From: Eledone cirrhosa
Taxonomy: Eukaryota
NCBI GenBank assembly: GCA_964016885.1
Contig: OZ024745.1
Location: 77,004,001-77,068,000, forward strand
Length of the DNA: 64,000 bases
Direction of reading: 5' to 3'
Shown here: piece after piece, positions 38,882-53,400 of the stretch
Layout of the letters: each line of letters starts with the position of its first letter
How positions within the stretch are numbered: the stretch's first letter is position 1
Made by a program: the position numbers and the translations under genes
Notes under the pieces: generated by a model
What the model was told of the DNA's origin: nothing
The model's input: the letters and a program-made list of their open reading frames with translations, nothing else
Databases searched by the model: none

Positions 38882-39091
38882 GGAATGTATATAAACAAAC
38901 TATTATGAAATGAAGAAACAATGAGAATCCTACGGATGGTAATACATGCATAGATTAGTTATCTTTCAGTTACTCTATTATTCTATTGGTTGATTTTTCA
39001 TCTTCTATGTTCATAATATGTTTGTGTATACGTAACTATATCAAATATAAATATATGTCTGTGAATATAAATATTCATATAAATACCAATC

Positions 39092-39139
<48 letters not shown>

Positions 39140-40513
39140 ATATATGTATATATATATATATGCGTATGTGTTTTGTGTACGACTTGTGAGTGCGAATGTG
39201 TGTGTATGTGTGTTTGTGTGCGCGCCCGCACAAACATATATCGGGAGAGATTTTGAGAGTATGAAAGTACGTTGTACGGAGGTGAGAGATATCTATGGAA
39301 TGTTGGGATCGTTCTGATTTCTATTAGCATATTTCTACAAATATTATGTATGAAAGCAATTCACGAGAAAGCATAGATAACATTTATTTATTTACATAAC
39401 TTAATCGATCGTAGAAGTGCTTTTTTTTTTTACTGGTTTCTTTTACATTCTCATACAGCTTCCCATTCAAGTACACATAGAAGAATTGTTGGTAGTGGTT
39501 ACTATTTTTGTTATCAGGTTGTGTCGGCAGCAGTCATTTGTAGATGATGTTGCTGTAGAAAGGAAAGATAGTTATGTGTTATTGTGTGAACTTGGTTTCG
39601 TGACAGAAAAGCAATATCGATGAAGAATGTAGAAATAACCATTGATGTACTGTGGACACATGAACCAAGTTGTAGTGGAATTTATAGAATTAGTTTAAAG
39701 CAATTAAGTCGCTTATATCTAAATAAACATATACCACATCAATAAATAGATGATAACATGTGAAAAATGTTCAGAAAATATCAATTCTTTCTAAATAAAT
39801 TTCTGACAGCAGTACGAAATTTACAGCTAAACAACATGCTCTTGATTAGCTAGCCACTACACTCTAGCCAATCGACTTCCTGTGGCTGGAATAATCTTTA
39901 CTCTTCTCAGTCTACTTTGTTGCCAACTTTTTTCTAGTGCCATCTTACATGTTGCTCTTTAACTGCTGTATCTTGTGTGGTAAGGAACTTAGCTGCACGT
40001 GCCACGCAACGTAAAGTGAGCGACAACTTAGCTTTAACGTCAATGCATGTGAAACGCCTCAGGCATGTATAATAAATTGTTTGTAAATTGCAAATCGGAA
40101 CAGTCGTTTATAGTATATAGTTTCGCTCTCTTCAATTCCAAGTTCAATTTCTGTTTAGATCGACCTTACATATCATTTTTATGCGATCGATAGAATTGCT
40201 AACAAATAGTATACCACGCCGTTAATTCGATCAAATTTGTCATTTTCTGAAGAATTGGCCATGCAAATAAGAAAAACAATAACGGAATAATTTATTTACT
40301 TATGGTAAATACGTTTATTGAATCGCCATTTATCTTATTTTGTGCATCTATATTATATACTTTAGTACATCTTTAGTAAGTGCAACATAGTAAGAGCATA
40401 CACATCCATATCTATATAATATATACATAGATAAATGTATCTTTCTATTTATGTAAACACATGGGCGAGAATATTAATATGAAAATACATACACAAACTC
40501 ACACAAAAACACG

Positions 40514-40597
<84 letters not shown>

Positions 40598-40600
40598 GTA

Positions 40601-41006
<406 letters not shown>

Positions 41007-41490
41007 ATATGTACCAGGCTTTTAAAAAATAAGTACTGGTGCCGTTATGACTACATGTCGGTACCCTAGCATGGTCTTAGTTTGATGATTCAAATAAGAA
41101 TGAACCAATACAAGACTGTGTATGTATGCATATATGATTTGTATCATTGAAATACATTTGAACGGTAAAACAATTAGACATAATAATTTTCGATACACAC
41201 TTCTTACAGAAGCAAAATATTTCTATTTAAAACATTTGGAAGGAATACAAAACTAATTTTCAACGGCGGAAATGTGATAGAAGATTACTTAGTAAGCAAT
41301 CCCGAAGAAATAGAAAGCTAAATTGATCTTACAGAAACATGACTGAACTAATGGTAATTATTGTTGAATATAACTTTCGAAATGAATTGTTAGATAAAGA
41401 AAATGATTACAGTTATTCGGACTTTCGAATCTCTCAAATTAAAACCCACCACAAATGAAGAACACCTTCACACAGACACAGACACACACG

Positions 41491-41897
<407 letters not shown>

Positions 41898-41900
<3 letters not shown>

Positions 41901-42060
41901 AACGAGTAGGACCCCGACGGCTGAGCTCAAGCCGTTTTGACGGCTAATTCTGAGCTCAGCCGTCGGGGTCCTACTCGTTCCTATTACCCACTCTACTACC
42001 CTAAGTATTGAGTACTTTGGTGCGTTATGGTCCACCTGGTTCCTTACCACATTTCCTTCG

Positions 42061-42062
<2 letters not shown>
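41898..42062 (+). mobile_element. Family A element copy with a 5' inversion, in (TA)n
   Basis: Near-identical to 29778-29972 apart from a deletion at the hairpin centre. Confidence 0.75.
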
Positions 42063-42093
<31 letters not shown>

Positions 42094-42378
42094 AAAAAGA
42101 GAAATAGGACGAAGATAAACAGTTACAAAAGGATTTAATCCACGTATTAACAATTATTTCATCAGAATTTCAGTTCATTATTGCTACACTATGTCATAAT
42201 AGGCAATCAAGAAAGATACTGTGACATCCAAATTTTCAAAATACAAAGTTGAAATGACCTTAGGAAATGAAATAAGGGTTAGTAGTGTAAGATAGAGGAA
42301 CAGAGAGAGAGAGGGGCAAAAGAGAGGGAGAGAGAGAAAAGGGACGGAGGTAGGGAGAGAAAGAGAAAGAGATATGAA

Positions 42379-42429
<51 letters not shown>

Positions 42430-42432
<3 letters not shown>

Positions 42433-42897
42433 GCTAATTATTGTGTTGTATATCTGTAAGTTTTGTTACGTCTCATTGATAAACAGGTGCAAGCAGGTAA
42501 GAACATGCCACCTCGGTTGTATCTATCTAGCATAAAGTTGGTGATTAAACGTAACGGAGTTTTCGTGTATGAAATAAACGTTCAGACAGGTGTTACAATA
42601 TCGTAGTTATCGGATTATAGATATTTCAGTGACACTAGCGTCGAGCTGTTATGTAATTATTACAACAGCGACCGTCAATGGTGTGACATCATCAGATGTT
42701 AGCACAGTTATGTGAGTGGGTTGATATGTCGCAGGCATATGTTCACTGAATTCACGGAAATATGGTAGTGTTTGATGATGTCACACCGGTGCCGGTCACT
42801 ATTGTAATAGTTACATAACAGCTCGACATTAGTGTCACTGAAATATCTATAATCCAACACACATACGATTATGTGACACCTGCCTTAACGTTTATTT
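42430..42897. mobile_element. Older fold-back element (arms about 42572-42700 and 42765-42897) with degenerate hammerheads
   Basis: Minus 42614-42697: CTGATGA-TGTCACAC...GTGTCACT-GAA-ATATCTAT-A. The plus arm has TTGATGA at 42772 and GAAA at 42840. Both flanks are TA-rich. Confidence 0.6.
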
Positions 42898-43597
42898 GAT
42901 ATATACATACATATATACATACGCACACACATATCTATATCTATATATATATATGTGTGTGTGTGTGTGTATGTGTGTGTATGTGTGTGTACGCTAGCGA
43001 GTATATATATATAGAGAGAAAATTTTAATACAGCGCGAGATATATATGTATTTTAGCGAAGACTTGAACATAATGACGAAGAGTTTCATGGTTTTGATTG
43101 AGGTTCACTTTAATCGATAATTGGTGATCGATAATAATTACTGTAATCGATGGTGAACATTCAATATTCACTGATTCTCAGAAACAGATCTGTCTATTCA
43201 ATTATCATGGTGACAAGATCACGAAGGCAGTAAAGAATTTAACGAAAAAAATAAATAATGGAAATGAGGAGCATGGCAAAAGGGGGGGGGGCAGATTCTT
43301 CACTCCAGTTTAAATGGTATATTATAGCTGCACCAAGTAGACAAAATAGCTAAGTCATTGCGGCAGAGATCAGCCAATAACACCTGCATCAGCTACTCCA
43401 CCTAATGAGGATCATTTCCCAGGCAGGACACAATCCTTCCAATTTTGCGCAGGAAAATGGCTGTTCCAGGATATCGGAGGTCTCGACAGTAATCGGCATG
43501 AAACGGTCGGTCATGTCCTAATGTATGTATTTATATTTATGTATGTCTGTATTTAAATTTATGCATGCTGATGCATATATATATATATATATATATC

Positions 43598-43750
43598 ACC
43601 TTGATCACCTTAACCGACCAGTCTGTCGGGCGCCAATCGGCGCCAATCGGCGCCGCTCGTCACAGCACGTCGTGCTGTTTTAGCCATAAGATAACGCCAT
43701 CCCACTGGCTGGGCGGGCAGGCTGGTACTCATTTCTACAGCTGAGTAAAT
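43598..43750 (-). mobile_element. SINE core fragment (Nin/Meta/Deu-like domain, from recall)
   Basis: Minus strand tttactcagctgtagaaatgagtaccagcc resembles the conserved ACTCAGCTGTAAAATGGGTACC SINE core. Confidence 0.4.
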
Positions 43751-43764
43751 ATATATATATATAT

Positions 43765-44017
43765 GACAAGTAAGTATGTTTTGAAACAGTGAGCAGGTTT
43801 GAAATTAGAAAATAGAATAGCTTTCACCGTACTTTTGACTAAAGAAATTTTAGTCTGATAATGGGGTTTAGAACCCTCAGATAAATGGAAAAAATGAGTA
43901 TTGACGTACATGTACGTCAATACTCATGTACGTCAATACTCATCTTTTTCCATTTATCTGAGGGTTCTAAACCCCATTATCAGACTAAAATTTCTTTAGT
44001 CAAAAGTACGGTGAAAG

Positions 44018-44021
<4 letters not shown>
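43765..44021. mobile_element. Fold-back palindrome (arms about 95 bp) with a one-sided tail, in (TA)n
   Basis: 43817-43910 is inverted at about 43927-44021, with a 16-bp tandem duplication (catgtacgtcaatact) at the centre. No intact CUGANGA core. Confidence 0.75.
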
Positions 44022-44055
<34 letters not shown>

Positions 44056-46091
44056 GCATGCATGCACATAAACACACATGTGCATATGTGTGTGTGGTAG
44101 AGTACACAACTTCATTTTCAATTAGGTCATGAAACCAAAGCCACAATATTTTGATACCAAAGTACCTACAACCGCTCCTGATTCTATGATTAAAACTGTT
44201 TTAAAGTGTTTATATTTATGTACAAACTTTACACCATAATTTTACGTTAAACAATTCTTAAGTTATATTTCAAAAATCTGCTTAGTGAGAAGATTAGTTA
44301 TATTATTAAAGCCCTCCAAATTCGTGATTAGGTTCAGAATTATTTATAAATCACAACAAATATGGTAATGAAAAGGTTTGATCCTTTCTCTTGATTCTTG
44401 TATGCTTTCAAAACCAATCAACCGTGCCAAACCTTTCTTGAAAACTTTTGTAAAAATTAGGATTGGATTTATTTGTTTTCTCCTTTTCTGATGTCCCAGG
44501 AATCAGCTACTTATTTTGCAGAGACGTTTGTGACGATGGAGATGACTGGAATATGGAATCAAGTTTTGTACAAATAATATATTATAGTTTGTGTTAAAAG
44601 AAATCTCAATCGGCATCAGTTCAAAGTGTGAGTTAATTAGTCGATACATTATTTATCTCTCGAAAGTATAGCAGGCATTGCTAATTACTTGAATTTTTGA
44701 ATCAGATGGATTATTAACCTTTTTGACTTTAAGACAGACGAAATTGAATTTCCCTGTCTAGATTTCCCTGTATTAGAGGTTTTGAGCTCAGCCATATACG
44801 TTAAGAGTGGCAGTTGGCTAAAGCGATAAGTGAAAAATAAGTGACCAATGGTTTTCATTTCCAGTGCTGCGAAGAAGTAACCTTGGTCGCAAACCATCAG
44901 ACACAAAAAGAAGCATTTTCATGTTTATTGTACGTTAACGAAAACTTCTTTGTTTTTGTTTCTTTATCTAGAACAGTAAATTGTATCTCTTTACCAATTC
45001 AGAAGTAGTTTGATTGAATATTATTTAAGTGTCGTTGATAATGAAAATCCCAATATTTCAGTCAATAAACTATCACAGTTTTATTACACGTTATTAAAGA
45101 ACAGCATTCATAGTTCAAATATTACATAATTGTGTGTAAATGTTGGCAAACTGTAAATGATTAAAGCAGAAATGAAATGGCCCACTTGTATGTTATTGTA
45201 ATACATTCTCACGTAGAAAGTTACTTGGAACTGTCTTTTGTTCTGTCTCACTAAGATTTGTTTTTGACTCAGCAAACGCCACATAATCTAGTACAAAGCT
45301 TGATCTAACGGTGCCAAGAGGACTATTAAACAGTTTAACACAATGGCATTATACTAATCTTTTGTAGTTGTTCAAGCAGGTAGCCACCAAAATACTTCCT
45401 TTAAAAATATATTTTAATGACATATTTTAATTCCTGAATTTTAGGCAAATGATTATTATCTTATTAACAAGTTAAACACAACCAAATGATTATTCAATGA
45501 ATCTGTATGATATTAGTCACATGAATTAAAGTGACGGGATAAAAAACGACAACAACAACAATAAATAGCGAGATAAAGTCCTTGGTGCTGACGTTTTTCA
45601 TTTAACTTCATTTAAATATCTTATTGATCAAGTTTTCATTTCTATAACTTCTCTATACTCGAATGATTGATTTCTTACTTAAAGAAAAAAACATTTCAAA
45701 CAAATTAATACAATACAACTATCTTTCTAGGTTTTTATTTTCTTTCTAATAAATGTCATTATATGAAATTTCCAGAAATAGTTCCATCTGATTCCCAGGT
45801 TTGTGTTAAAACAGTCGTAATTTCACGACATTATATAAAATGGTTACACTAAATTCACTTCACTGCGTTCTTATTTATAAAAACCAATTAAATACATTAT
45901 TGTTCTTTACAATGTTATGTTGACATAAATCATTTTGTTAAAAGAAATTAACTATAAACGTTTTAGGAAAATCACTAGACTTTAAACAGACTTATTTTCC
46001 TTTATCAACAAGGTTGAATTTATTTAATTGAATGAAAAATTGGAATATATTCGTGAAGCATAAAGTGAAATTACTCAGCCATCATCTATAC

Positions 46092-46141
<50 letters not shown>

Positions 46142-46143
<2 letters not shown>

Positions 46144-46595
46144 AAAGTTATATTTAAATTGTTGGGTTACAACTAGTAAATATTTATAACTGATATAAAA
46201 GCACTCAACAAGTATTTGGAGTATATTTACGATATTAAATAAATGGAAACTATATTTATAAAACCATATCTATTTCATTATATATATTTCAGGGATATCA
46301 TATTAACAATATGTTATGCCTTCTTCAGACAAAATACAATATAGACAGTTTTATAGATAAATAGATTTGACATACCGTTCAACATCGACTTGTATTTGAA
46401 AAAGTTGATCTGCCAAATCAACTTTTTCAAATACAAGTCGATGTTGAACGGTATGTCAAATCTATTTATCTATAAAACTGTCTATATTGTATTTTGTCTG
46501 AAGAAGGCATAACATATTGTTAATATGATATCCCTGAAATATATATAATGAAATAGATATGGTTTTATAAATATAGTTTCCATTTATTTAATATC

Positions 46596-46598
<3 letters not shown>
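46142..46598. mobile_element. Fold-back Penelope-like remnant: 182-bp arms (46228-46409 and 46417-46598), 7-nt loop, one-sided tail
   Basis: The arms appear perfectly complementary by eye, both flanks are (TA)n, and the tail carries TGAGTGCT (46200-46207, minus). Confidence 0.85.
46490..46555 (+). ncRNA. Type I hammerhead ribozyme (mirror copy at 46271-46336, minus)
   Basis: TATTTTGT-CTGAAGA-AGG..CATATT(gtt)AATATG..CCT-GAA-ATATATAT-A-ATGAAATA: 8-bp stem I with two G-U pairs and a palindromic stem III. Predicted cut after 46547. Confidence 0.8.
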
Positions 46599-46631
<33 letters not shown>

Positions 46632-46774
46632 TAATAAAATAATGAATAAACAAAGAAACAGTTCCTTATATTAAAAAATTCATCATTTTACGATCGTTTC
46701 TAGGATATATATGTTTCTAGGATATATATATATTTATATATATATATGTATATATAACTTATTCCTTCCCAGAT

Positions 46775-46892
46775 TTTCCTGAAGAAATGCAGTTATATGA
46801 ATTATGTATAGTGTTAATAATTGATAATTGATTATTTCTAATTGTTTACATATGCATGTACTATTGAAACCGTATTGAAACGGACGTAGAAA
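46775..46892 (+). ncRNA. Type I hammerhead with a long stem II, in a TA-flanked element (46756-46940)
   Basis: TTTC-CTGAAGA-AATGCAGTT...AACCGTATT-GAA-ACG(GA)CGT-A-GAAA. Predicted cut after 46888. Confidence 0.65.
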
Positions 46893-46934
46893 TTAAAGAA
46901 TGAATTTAAGTTGTTATCCTTTGTCTTTTGTCAT

Positions 46935-46987
<53 letters not shown>

Positions 46988-47179
46988 GACCGCAATGCCT
47001 AGCGGGTTTTGCTTGTATGTGGTAAGCCTTCACAAGGGTATACTCTCTTCCATACCCCCCTCTGCTCTTTCCCATGCATAGATTACTACCTCGATTTGTA
47101 GTCTCCCTTGTCTCGGAACCGCAAACTTAGTATCTATCTATCTATCTATCTATCTCTCTCTCTCTCTATATATATAGAC

Positions 47180-47234
<55 letters not shown>

Positions 47235-47244
47235 AACCAGTAAG

Positions 47245-47338
47245 ACCCCGACAGCTGAGCTCAAGCCGTTTCGACGGCTAATTCTGGACTAAATGAACAT
47301 TTATCCTGGTATTTAAATAGCCGATCTTCTCAAGGGGT
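47245..47338 (-). ncRNA. Type I hammerhead with a U3-A8 core variant (family A, element 47233-47344)
   Basis: Minus: ACCCC-TTGAGAA-GA(T)CGGCTA...TAGCCGTC-GAA-ACGGCT(tgagctc)AGCTGT-C-GGGGT. All three stems pair, and the GUC cut site is at 47250. Confidence 0.75.
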
Positions 47339-49174
47339 AATTCCATATATGGTCAAAGTGATTGTCAAAAATCAGTAGTAATTCTGTGGTTGCAAATTAG
47401 TAGGGGAGATGGTGGCTAAACCTGCCAGTAGGAGAAAGAGGGGAGGGGGTGGATATGTATGTGTGTGTGTGTGTGTGAGTGTGTGTGCGTGTGTGTGTAT
47501 GCATGCATGTACAATTATATAGATATATCTCTAACATATGTATATAAATGTATATTTACAGTGTCATGTGTATGTCGCTAAAGGCAATACAAAACAAATG
47601 TTATGACACTGCAGAATACGTGAATGGTATCACACGACATGTTAGTATATAAATAAAATTAACATGGAGAGCGTATAATGTATGGAAAGAATTAGCATTA
47701 TAACATGATATATTATTCAGTGATATTATCGTAAAATATCATACCACTTTATATTCAATCCAGCATTGCATATTATAAAGAAGGTATTTTAAAATATTGA
47801 AGGTTGATGTGCTTTGTACCAAATGCAAGAATTAATTATATAAATTTAAGGTTTTATCTATTTGCACATAATAACTCTTCTTAAATAGATACGTATAAAC
47901 ATATGTCTATACATATAGTTGCATCCATACGTACACATTATTATTCATTAGTTATTTTTGGCAGTTATATATACGCAAATTTCGATGTAGCAACATTTTA
48001 TAACATGATTTATATAGACTAATATAACATAACAGAGTCTATAATTCTATCTTGTACCTTTTAACACTATTTAAATATACAAAATATAATAACATACAAA
48101 AGCTTCAGTAAGCCATTACATAGAATAGAATAGACTATATGATGTTTTTAATTGATTATGTCCAGTGTTTTAATATTATCATCAGTTGAAAATAAACAAA
48201 TGTACAATATATGTTGTAATTTTTCAAACTTAAACACAGAGCCAACGTGTCACTTTATTATTATTTAATTCTTCAATTATGTACGAATGCTTAACGACTC
48301 TCATTGGAATTTGAAGAAATATAAAGCAGATAGTATTAAGTCAATTCAGGATTTTATTATGTCTTAGATATTTGAAATCACGATGGAGACCATCGTTGAG
48401 AATTTGGCACAAGACAAATTTTTTATGACCTTTCGTCACTATTATATGTTTTATGAAAACTTACAATGAAAAATTTTTTTAATCGAATATCTGTCCTTAA
48501 TGTTGAAATTTTCAAGATAGGATCCTATTTTTTATGAATAAACCATTTAGCTGTTAAATTTTCGCACGTTTGATTTTCATAAACATCATAAAATGGAAAG
48601 CTAATGTGTCGGCTGAAGAGTTGGAAAGTGTCATATCTTCAGTAGAATAGGCCAATACACGTAATTGCTAACTACCTAGACTGTTTATCTGTAAGTATAT
48701 ATTACGAAGAGAAACGTTGACTTACGTGAGCAACAGGATAGTATATATTTCATTAGACTCTTTAACTCACAGTGATGCACTCTGACCCTTCTATAAATCA
48801 AGACATACAGCAGACTGCTGTTTTATCGTAGGTTGAATGATATGAAACACGTGAATTTATCAGAACGTAATTCGGGTAAGTTCACGTATGTCATCATATA
48901 ATCATCAAATGGCAACATAGAAAACATAAACATTCTAAGTTTTTACTTACTTTCCGCTGTTATGTTCACATACCATGCTATATAAGAATCAATATTTACA
49001 GAAGAAACCAATCATCGTTTCTTCCACCATTTAAAGCCTTTCATGGTGATGAGTTCATTGCAATTGCCCAAACAAATTCACCGTTAATAAATCCTTATAA
49101 TAAACTACAAATAATCCTGTTTTAATTAAGATGAATCATAACGGTGCATGGATTATGTGCTTCTTACAGACTTA

Positions 49175-49320
49175 AAGGCGGTGAATTGACAAAGAACGTT
49201 GGATAGAATGCTTTGTGGTATTCACCGCGGCTCACCGCGGCTCTCAGTTCAAATCCCACTGAAGTCAACTTTGCCTTTCATCGACGATAAAATAGTGGCC
49301 ATCCAGTACTGTGATTGATT
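49175..49320 (+). mobile_element. Degenerate SINE; further decayed minus-strand copies at about 49625-49740 and 52140-52260
   Basis: ggcggtgaattgac...gttcaaatcccactgaagtcaactttgcctttcatc. Confidence 0.55.
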
Positions 49321-51014
49321 CTTCATCTATATCTTTTTCTAACTTTCTCTCTACTATTCTCTTTCTTTCTCTCTAAGAAATCGGTTGCGTTTCCACATGG
49401 AGAGAAGATGGTCTCCTCCAGGTTTATAAAATGTCCAAGAAACGCTGTTTGTCACCACAGTGTCCCTACGACTCCTACAGAAGTAGAGTTAGAAATAAAT
49501 ATATATGGTTATTGAAATTAGTTCAAGAAAATCAAATTACATTGTATATATTAGAAACAAAATATCCCAGTTTGCTATCAATTTCATTGACTTTAGGATG
49601 ATAAATTAATGTTAGTTTCTATAAGGAATGTTTTTGTAAACGGGAGGCAAAGTAGATCTCGGCGATGTTTGAATTCAGAACATAGAGACTTAGACAAATA
49701 ACCAACGCTCTAACGATTCTGCTAAATCAACCGACTTGACGCGATTAAGAGTATATTATTGAGTACATTAGTTTTGCATTTACGAGTAATTATATCTGTA
49801 TACCAGTTTATTGAAGTGTGATTTAGAGTACATACTTTCTGAATTTAGGTAATTGCTCGATAAACTTTTTACTTATTTATTTCTGTCACTGATACTTGCT
49901 TTATTGATTTTGTTCGGATCAAAGATAAAATCATCTCATGTAGATAACAGCATCTACTACTACTCCCTACTAACTATCGAATCCATCTCCATTCACCTTG
50001 AATTATTAGTTATAAAAACAATTTTTTTTTTGTTTCATTTTCTCTGTGATTTTGTATCTCAGCTTTTATATTGCTGGTATGAATAGGGGAATTATATTTG
50101 CAATGAAACTTGAGGTTGAGCAAAACAGTAATGCAGTACAAAGCTCTCGTTGATTTGCGTATAAGAACTGGAATATCTTCAATTACTTCGTTAATTTGGG
50201 GGAAGAAGTATAAAGGCCACAACGTTACCATTTGTCTTTCCAAATAATTCTGAAGTGTCATATTTATATAAGGTGCTATGGCGTGGAATTTGCATAAATG
50301 ATACATCAATTTCCTAGTTAATTTATATTTTTGTTGTTACTATTGTTGTCAGCCCTGGTCGAGCAGACGATCATAGACATTCCAGCCATGACGATCCAAT
50401 CTATTTGTATATCCAAAACTGCATTTTCCAAAGTATCCTTCCTTTTTAATTTCATCTACTTCATGTTGGCTAGTTTAGTGATTTATATTTTTCTATTAAA
50501 TCTCACCTTGACGACTTCATTTTACATCCTTCTGGGATTGTTGAAATAAATAAAGGAAAGATTGAGAAATCAACATTCATAGATTGACAGTTCTAATGCA
50601 TTGGAGTTATTTTATTGTGGTCTAGATCGGGATACTTAATTGTGCATTGCGTTTGATCCACGGATTATAGCGTATAGGCATCACACTTTTCTGTGAGACA
50701 TACCTGCAGTACACTAGAGGCTTGATTTCATAAATTATTCATGTCCCATACACCATGGAAACTATATAGATCCTAAAGATTTATGTAAGAATTAACATTT
50801 AAAATATATTTGGATCCACTCGAGCTGAATGCGAGAAGATTCGTCGATAGAGTACCGGACAACCGGATGAGAGGTAAGGACTTTTAGTTTTGACATCGAC
50901 TCTGCATTAAGACCAAAGCTCTTACTTAATTCTTGTACAGATTAATCACTGGGTTGTAGGTAGATGCTGTAACGTAGAAACCACCCCTATGTACAAAAGA
51001 AATATTGTGAAGTT

Positions 51015-51330
51015 GCGTGTCTTAGTAGTTAGAGCGTTCGGCTCAAGATCATAAGGTCGTAAGTTCAATTCCCGGCAGAGTGTTGCATCCTTGATCAAAA
51101 CACTTCAATTCATGTTACTATAATCAACTCAGCTGGACAAAGATCGATTGTAACTGTAATTCAAATGTCTAGCCTTGACACAATCTGTGTCACACTGAAC
51201 GCCACTGAGAATCAGGTTAATGGTTTGTGAATCCTCGGTCACTTGCACTTTAATTTCTCGATCTCGAGCTAGCTGTTTCATTGATAAAATAACTAGAACA
51301 CTCATCATCGGAATCGATGGAGTCAACCAC
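51015..51330 (+). mobile_element. tRNA-derived SINE of a second family; inverted relative at about 54885-55150
   Basis: A-box-like tagtagttagagcg and B-box-like gttcaattccc. The body ctgtgtcacactgaa...tgagaatc matches the reverse complement of attctcagggagattcagcgtgacacag. Confidence 0.6.
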
Positions 51331-51612
51331 GCACATCAGTAATGTTATGATATTGACGAGTGCTACGTTCAACACTTTGTGTGCAGCAAACTGACTAAAA
51401 ACTTTCCCTAAATAACTTGCCATAAGAACTTCCTGTCAGGATTTCTGGGATTTATTTGCGGCACACAAGGATTTAGACTCACCATCCACCCCAACAAATA
51501 AAATTTGCTCTAACAAAAATGAATCTGTTGTGAATTCCGAAATAGATTTGAATTTAGAATTTAATGGAATATTATATATTGACATTATATGGTGGATTGT
51601 ATGGGATTATAT

Positions 51613-51995
51613 GGTGGTGGATTGGCAGTATCGGTAGAGGGTCGGACGCCATGCTTTGACGCATAGAGTTACGGCCCTTGCCATTCTGAGTTCAAATCCC
51701 GCCGAGGTTAACTTTGCTTTTCATCATTACGAGGTCAATAAAATAAAGTACCAGTCATGCACTGGGATAATTGCTGGCCTTGTGCCTAAAGTAGAGACAA
51801 TTATATGGTGGATTGGCAGTATCGGTAGAGGGTCGGACGCCATGCTTTGCAGCAAAGAGTTACGGCCCTTTATGGCCTGAATTCAAATCCCGCCGAGGTT
51901 AACTTTGCCTCTCATCCTTACGGGGTCGATAAAATAAAGTACCAGTAATACACTGGGATAGTTGCTGGCCTTGTGCCAAAAGTAGAAACAATTAT
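51613..51995 (+). mobile_element. Two tandem SINE copies of about 190 bp each
   Basis: ggtggattggcagtatcggtagagggtcggacgccatgc...gttcaaatcccgccgaggttaactttgc...gctggccttgtgcc..aagtagaaacaattat occurs twice; B-box-like GTTCAAATCCC. Confidence 0.8.
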
Positions 51996-52469
51996 ATGAT
52001 GTGCTTGCTGTTTAGGTCCAATTCGACACAAGACCAATTTACTAGAACCATTCGTCGCATCATATCACATTTCTTCTTAATGATATTTCAGCCCCTAAAC
52101 ACAAGATTTTCCAGTTGCGAATTCAGTTATATAGACACCTGGAAAGATGAAACCCCCAATTGACCTCGATGGAATTTGAACTCAAAATATAAAGAGCGGG
52201 AACAAATGCTACAAAACACTTTTGTTCAACACATTAACAATGGTGCCAATCTTCCGCAATTCTTCACTGCTTGATGATGATGATGATGAGCAATAGTGAC
52301 AACTTTTAGTTTCCGTTTATTGTGGAAGACACGATAAAATCGATGCAACACGATATTGACTCTTACTCAGTGAATATCGATGGATTGAAGACGGAAAGAG
52401 GAAACAGGTGCGATTTGAATTGAGAACACAGAGCGACAGATTACATACTGACTGCAATATATTTTGTCT

Positions 52470-52800
52470 AGGATGATTGTGATGATGAAGATGAGGAGGA
52501 TGTTGAGGATGAGGATGGGGTTGAAGTGGTGGTGGTGGTGGTAAGGTGGTGGTGTTAGCGATGGTGATAATGGCGGTAGTAATGATAATGAGGATCATGA
52601 TGATGATCATCATCATAAGAGCGATGATGACGATTACGATGACAAGGACGATGACAAGTATGATAACGAGGACGATGACAATGAAGATGTGGAGGAGGAG
52701 GAGGAGGAGGAGGAGGAGGAGGAGGAGAAAAAAGAGGAGAAGAAAACTAGATGGAGGTTGGTGTGGATGAAAATGATAATGATGTTGATGATGTTGATGA
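52470..52800. repeat. (GAT)/(GGT)/(GAG) compound microsatellite
   Basis: Read directly. Confidence 0.85.
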
Positions 52801-53400
52801 TAATAATTGTTTCTACTTTTTGGCACAAGGCCAGCAATTACCCCAGTACATAACTGGTACTTTATTTTATCGACCCCGTAAGGATGAAAGGCAAAGTTAA
52901 CCTCGGCGGGATTTGAACTCAGACCGTAAAGGGACGTAACTATGCTGGAAAGCATGGCGTCTGACCCTCTACCGATACTGCCAATTCACAATAATAATTG
53001 TTTCTACTTTCGGCACAAGGCCAGCAATTTACCCAGTACATTACTGGTACTTTATTTTATCGACCTCGTAAGGGTGAAAGGCAAAGTTAACCTCGGCGGG
53101 ATTTGAACACAGATTGTAAAGGGACGTAACTATGCTGGAAAGCATATCCAACCCTCTACCAATTCTGTCAATCCACCACAATAATAATAATAATGGTTTC
53201 TGATTTAGGCACAAGGCCAGCAATTTCAGGGGAAGGGGAAAGTCGATTAAATCGACCCCAGTGCGTGACTGGTACTTTATTTTATCAACCTGGTAATAAT
53301 AAAAGGCAAAGCTAACCTCGGCGGGATTTGAACTCAGAACGTAAAAGGTCATATCATAACTCTATGCTGCAAAGCTTGGTGTCTGACGCTCTACAATAAC
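52800..53400 (-). mobile_element. Three tandem SINE copies of the same family as 51613-51995, in opposite orientation
   Basis: Units at about 52800-52990, 52992-53180 and 53190-53400 share ggcacaaggccagcaatt...ctggtactttattttatc...cctcggcgggatttgaac. Confidence 0.8.

Noticed and set aside
43397-43515. CTAATGA ... GAAACGGTC as a hammerhead
   Set aside because: G5 is mutated and stems I and II are unconvincing.
48611-48642. CTGAAGA gttg GAAA gtgtc as a hammerhead
   Set aside because: No stem II or stem I pairing, and no TA-flanked element context.
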